This document shows, in pieces, positions 58,937 through 64,000 of a DNA stretch of 64,000 nt. A model generated the notes under the pieces. It was not told the origin of the DNA. It saw only the letters and a list, made by a program, of their open reading frames with translations, and ran no database searches. This stretch comes from Eledone cirrhosa (taxonomy: Eukaryota): contig OZ024760.1 in NCBI GenBank assembly GCA_964016885.1, forward strand, positions 372,001 to 436,000, read 5' to 3'. The translations under genes were made by a program, and so were the position numbers. How positions within the stretch are numbered: the stretch's first letter is position 1; every line of letters begins with the position of its first letter.

Positions 58937-59010
58937 TAGGCTACCCGTGACCCGCTGGGTCACGTTCATTTCAAAATAATTTTTAAATAATTAAAATATA
59001 CACTGACATG
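58936..59010 (-). mobile_element. Helitron-like 3' terminus
   Basis: Minus strand GC-rich hairpin cgtgaccc-agc-gggtcacg followed 6 nt later by CTAG|T. Confidence 0.6.
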
Positions 59011-59091
59011 TAAATAATGTGAAATGAAACTGGAAGGCCCATATATATACGTGTGTGTATGTATATATATATATATATATATAAATGTATT

Positions 59092-59152
<61 letters not shown>

Positions 59153-59247
59153 ATATATGTATGTATGTGTGTATATATGTATGTATGTGTGTATATATAT
59201 ATATAAATATGTGGGTGTCTGTGATCTATATGCACTGGTCATAGACT

Positions 59248-59302
<55 letters not shown>

Positions 59303-59305
<3 letters not shown>

Positions 59306-59505
59306 AAAATGTATGACCCCGACGGCAGAGCTCAAGCCGTTTCGACGGCTATTTCTGGACTATTTCTAGTCCAGAAATAGCCGTCGAAACGGCTTGAGCT
59401 TTGCCGTCGGGGTCATACTTTTTCCTATTTCCCACTCTACTACGCGAAGTATTGAGTACTCTGGTGCGTTATAGTCCATCTGGTTCCTTGCCACAATTCC
59501 TTTGT
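59303..59505 (+). mobile_element. Family-A fold-back element
   Basis: Same axis and tail as the 18191 copy. Confidence 0.8.
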
Positions 59506-59517
59506 TATATATATATA

Positions 59518-59684
59518 CAAGGCCAGCAATTATTCCAGTGTATTACTGGTACTTTATTTTATCGACTCCGTAAGGATGAAAGGCAAAGTTAACCTCGGCG
59601 AGATTTGAACTCAGATCATAAAGGGCCGTAACTCGATGCAGCAAAGCATGGCCTCCGACCCTCTACCGATACTGCCAATCCACC
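59518..59684 (-). mobile_element. Meta-like SINE
   Basis: Core and reversed A/B boxes. Confidence 0.85.
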
Positions 59685-60029
59685 GTAGTTAGTTAGATTT
59701 AAATAATATACAGGTTTCATAGCCGAAGGAAACGGAGCTACTCTTGTAAGAGTCAATTTTAAAATATACTAATGTACTTTATCTACTTGAGGTATTTGTG
59801 AAGCTTACTGAAATGACGCACGGAGAAGACATAGCACGGTGTACGATCACGCGGAAGTCACGTTCTAGAAGGCTGAAGTCACACGGTAAAACTACAGAGA
59901 TTGCGCCAGATGGTTTAATCATAAATGCAGTCAATTATTGCTGTTTTACTATTTGTAATGGTATTAATCGAGGAATGGGAAATACTAGACAGGGACTGGA
60001 TAGAATATCGATGGGACTTCAACCTGCTA

Positions 60030-60071
<42 letters not shown>

Positions 60072-60230
60072 ACTATCTATCTATCTATCTATCTATCATA
60101 TATATATATATACCACGCACCACTTGTAATCCGGATTTCGTAGAGCTTTCGAGCTTTCTAGAACATATTTTATATTTCTTGTCATTCAAGCTTGCTGGCT
60201 TAGCTCCTGCATTTATATACTTATACATAC

Positions 60231-60269
<39 letters not shown>

Positions 60270-60275
<6 letters not shown>

Positions 60276-60380
60276 TTTTTCTTTATATATATATATACAT
60301 TTTTCTTTATATATATATATACATTTTTCTTTATATATATATATACATTTTTCTTTATATATATATATATACATTTTTCT

Positions 60381-60413
<33 letters not shown>

Positions 60414-60727
60414 TTTTTCTTTTTATATATATATACATTTTTCTTTATATATATATATACATTTTTCTTTATATATATATATATACATTTTTCTTTATAT
60501 ATATATATATATACACACACATTTTTCTTTTTATATATATATACATTTTTCTTTATATATATATATACATTTTTCTTTATATATATATATACATTTTTCT
60601 TTATATATATATATATACATTTTTCTTTATATATATATATATATATACACACACATTTTTCTTTTTATATATATATACATTTTTCTTTATATATATATAT
60701 ATATATATACACATATTTTTCTTTATA
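60270..60727. repeat. Minisatellite acatttttctt(ta)n
   Basis: Direct tandem units. Confidence 0.9.
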
Positions 60728-60937
60728 AAATATATATATACACATATACACACAATTATATACAGCTATATTTGTTCATTCCCGCCTCCATATCAGAGAT
60801 ACGCCGGAATATTGACATCTGGGATTCGTATTTATAGTTTTCTAGTCTAGTGATTAGTTGTAAATATATATGTATGAATGTATGTATGTGTTTGTATAAA
60901 TAAATATATGTATATATGAATATGTATATATATCTAT

Positions 60938-60989
<52 letters not shown>

Positions 60990-60996
60990 ATATATC

Positions 60997-61074
<78 letters not shown>

Positions 61075-61269
61075 TATTAGTGTAGAGAGGTTATAACTTT
61101 ATTTTCACTATCTGCTATAAAGGGAGGGAAAAATTCCCTGTTGGAATGCAAATACGGTGCCGTGTTACATACGTACACTTGTAAAACACACAGACACACA
61201 CACACACACACACACAGACACACACACACACACATATATATATATAATAATAATAATAACAATAATGAT

Positions 61270-61650
61270 TTCATTTATTGGCCACAAGGGCCGACATATA
61301 GGGGACAATACAATAGACGGGGACAGTGGGGGTTTTACACTAAAATCGAGTAAAAAAAATAGGATACAATAATGAAAATTTCCCAATAGTGAGGGTGGGG
61401 GGATAACCACCCAGGGTTGACTCAGGTACCCCACCAATCCTGAACCACCCGACGCTTCGAGGGCACCTAGTAAGGGCACCCCTCTCCTCCTCAAATTCAC
61501 CAGCCTACAGGCGCATGATCAGAGTAGGTCCACTCACACGGGCAATTCTCACCACGTTCACCCACTTTTCATCAGCAAATATTCTGTGGAGGCGCGGGGG
61601 TGGGGGTGGCAGCCCTTCTCTCTCCACCCTCACCATCCTTTCCAACTGTA
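61270..61650 (-). mobile_element. L1/Tx1-like LINE 3' fragment
   Basis: QLERMVRVERE...F..KWVNVVRIARVSGPTLIMRL* resembles Tx1-type ORF2 ends; AATAAA then a (TTA)n tail on the minus strand. Confidence 0.5.
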
Positions 61651-61664
61651 AGAATAATAATAAT

Positions 61665-61853
61665 AATTGTTTCTACTTTTGGCACAAGGCCAGCAAATAC
61701 TCAGTACATTATTACTGGTACTTTATTTTATCGACCCCGTATCGATGAAATGAAAAGTTAACCTTAGCGGGTTTTGAACTCAGAATGGAAAGGGCCGGAA
61801 CTCTATGCGTCAAATCGTGGTGTCCGACCCTCTACCGATACTGCCAATCCACC
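61665..61853 (-). mobile_element. Meta-like SINE
   Basis: Core and reversed boxes. Confidence 0.82.
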
Positions 61854-61886
61854 AATAATAACAATAGGTATAAATCAAAATTGGAG

Positions 61887-61957
61887 CTACAATAGGTTAA
61901 GTGGTAGAATGCTCGCTTGCCACAGGGGCGGCCCGCGTTCGACACTTGGGCACTTAA
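61887..61957 (+). pseudogene. tRNA-Gly(GCC)-like pseudogene or SINE head
   Basis: ggttaagtggtagaatgctcgcttGCCacaggggcggcccgcgttcga closely follows eukaryotic tRNA-Gly-GCC; acceptor and anticodon stems are broken. Confidence 0.65.
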
Positions 61958-61959
61958 AC

Positions 61960-62010
<51 letters not shown>

Positions 62011-62012
<2 letters not shown>

Positions 62013-62213
62013 AACAAGTAGGACCCCGACGGCTGAGCTCAAGCCGTTTCGTCGACTAATTCTGGACTAAAATTTTAGTCCAGAATTAGACGTCTAAACG
62101 GCTTGAGCACAGCCGTCGGGGTCCTACTTGTTCCTATTACCCACTCTACTACTCTAAGTATTGAGTACTTTGGTGCGTTATGGTCCATCTGGTTCCTTAC
62201 CACATTTCCTTCG

Positions 62214-62215
<2 letters not shown>
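62011..62215 (+). mobile_element. Family-A fold-back element
   Basis: Same architecture as the 18191 copy, more diverged. Confidence 0.78.
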
Positions 62216-62307
<92 letters not shown>

Positions 62308-62402
62308 TTATCCTCCCCTACTTTTGCTCTTTACTCTCTTTACTCTTTGTTCTTGAATGTTTGGTTGGTAGAGTCCATAACACCAATCAAACCCCTTTTA
62401 TA

Positions 62403-62447
62403 GCTCTGACGAATCCTACAGTTACGTAAGGAAGAAACATTGTAAGC
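62403..62447 (+). ncRNA. Putative minimal type I hammerhead ribozyme
   Basis: gct-CTGACGA-atcctacagttacgtaaggaa-GAAAC-att-GTA-agc. Confidence 0.65.
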
Positions 62448-62540
62448 CAATAAAAATCTTTTGATGTTGTAGACGCTCTTGTGTTCTTTATCATATATAT
62501 ATATATATATTTATATATATACATATATATATATATATAT

Positions 62541-62684
62541 AACAAAGAATTGTGGTAAGGAACCAAATGGACCATAACGCACCAGAGTACTCAATACTTA
62601 GGGTAGTAGAGTGGGAAATAGGACTAGTCCAGAAATAGCCGTCGAAACGGCTTAAGTTCTGCCGTCGGGGTCATACTTCTTCCT
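62541..62684. mobile_element. Rearranged family-A element
   Basis: Tail in minus orientation (62541-62623) joined to the half-hammerhead arm in plus orientation (62624-62684). Confidence 0.72.
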
Positions 62685-63075
62685 ATATATATATAGAACA
62701 TGCACTCTCTACTATTGAAGATCGATGCAAGCCATAATTGTTTATGTACGTGTGTATGTAAATATATATATATATATATGAATGTATGTATATATGTATG
62801 TATATATGTATGTATATATGTATCTATTTGTATATATTTATGTATATGTATGTATTTATATATATGTATATATATATATAGGTGTGTGTGTATATATATG
62901 TATATGTTTATATATATGTATATATATCTATATAAGTATATATATATTTATGTGTATATCTATGCATATATTAATATATATGTATATATATATATGTATC
63001 TATATATATATGTATATATATATATTTTTGTGCAGAAATATATGTATGTGTAGATATATATGTATATATGTATGA

Positions 63076-63147
<72 letters not shown>

Positions 63148-63839
63148 CATACACATACAAACATTCTACATCTAAAAATATTGAGCCCTTTAATTCCGTA
63201 TTATGGGGAAAATACACAAGAATATCTGTGTGTGTATGTATATTTGAGGATATGCTTAAGTTTGCTTATGTGTGTGTATGCATGTGTTTGTGTATGTGTA
63301 TGTATGTATTTGTGTATGTGCATGTTTTTGTGGATATGCTTAACTTTCCTTGTGTGTGTATGTATATATGGATGTGTCTCTCTGTGTGTGTGTCTGTATA
63401 TATCTGTGTGTTTGTGGATATGCTTAACTTTGGTTGTGTATGTGTATGTGTATGTGTATGTATGTGTATGTGTATGTATGTCTGTGTGTCTGTGTGTGTG
63501 TGTGAGTCTGTGTGTGTGTAACTTAAGAAATTTTAGAATTTCCTGTCTTCTGACAAAGATGGCGTAATCCGGATACAGCAAATGCATATAGATATATTGT
63601 TACCGTTCCAGCTACTATTGTTGTTGTTGTTATTGTTGTTGCTGCTGGTGTTGTTGTTGTTGTTGTTGTTGTTGTTGAACTTATTGTTCTTCATGTTGTT
63701 GTTGGAGCTTTTCAGTTTGTTATTGTTGGTGTCGTTTCTATATTTAATATTGGTACTCCTGTGTGTTCCAGTGTGCACAAAAAAGTTGTTTATACGCCCG
63801 TGCGTGTACAAGTGTATATGTATGTATATATGTGTGTAG

Positions 63840-63908
<69 letters not shown>

Positions 63909-64000
63909 TCTGTGTGTATATATATATATGCATATCTTTATATATCTATATATATATTTATATACTTTCATATATATATATATGCACATATATATATATA

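Noticed and set aside
60120-60195. Minus-strand GAAAT-ccgg-ATT-acaag hammerhead-like 3' half
   Set aside because: No acceptable CUGANGA box upstream; single copy here.
61887-61957. Functional tRNA-Gly gene
   Set aside because: Acceptor stem does not pair and the anticodon and T stems have mismatches; listed as a pseudogene.

Overview
Eukaryotic, AT-rich, extremely microsatellite-dense non-coding DNA. The repeat make-up (Meta-type and CORE-type tRNA-SINEs, RTE LINE debris, (TA)n/(CA)n/(AAC)n tracts) most resembles an octopus or other coleoid cephalopod genome; that is an inference, not a search result. No host protein-coding gene can be supported, and nearly all ORFs in the track are translations of simple repeats. 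Identifiable remnants are RTE, R4/Dong-like RLE and L1/Tx1-like non-LTR fragments, a Tc1/mariner transposase pseudogene, several MITEs, a Helitron-like end and a tRNA-Gly-like pseudogene. The main signal is a dense set of roughly ten unrelated short sequence families, mostly embedded in (TA)n tracts, that fold by eye into type I hammerhead ribozymes (HHRs; stem I-CUGANGA-stem II-GAAA-stem III-NUH-stem I). They resemble Penelope-like element (PLE) pseudo-LTRs. Many copies are fold-back (inverted) structures with the axis in or beside the ribozyme, and several families share non-canonical core variants (U4C, U4A, U3-A8, mismatched first pair of stem II). All folds and coordinates were derived manually and may be off by a few bases.
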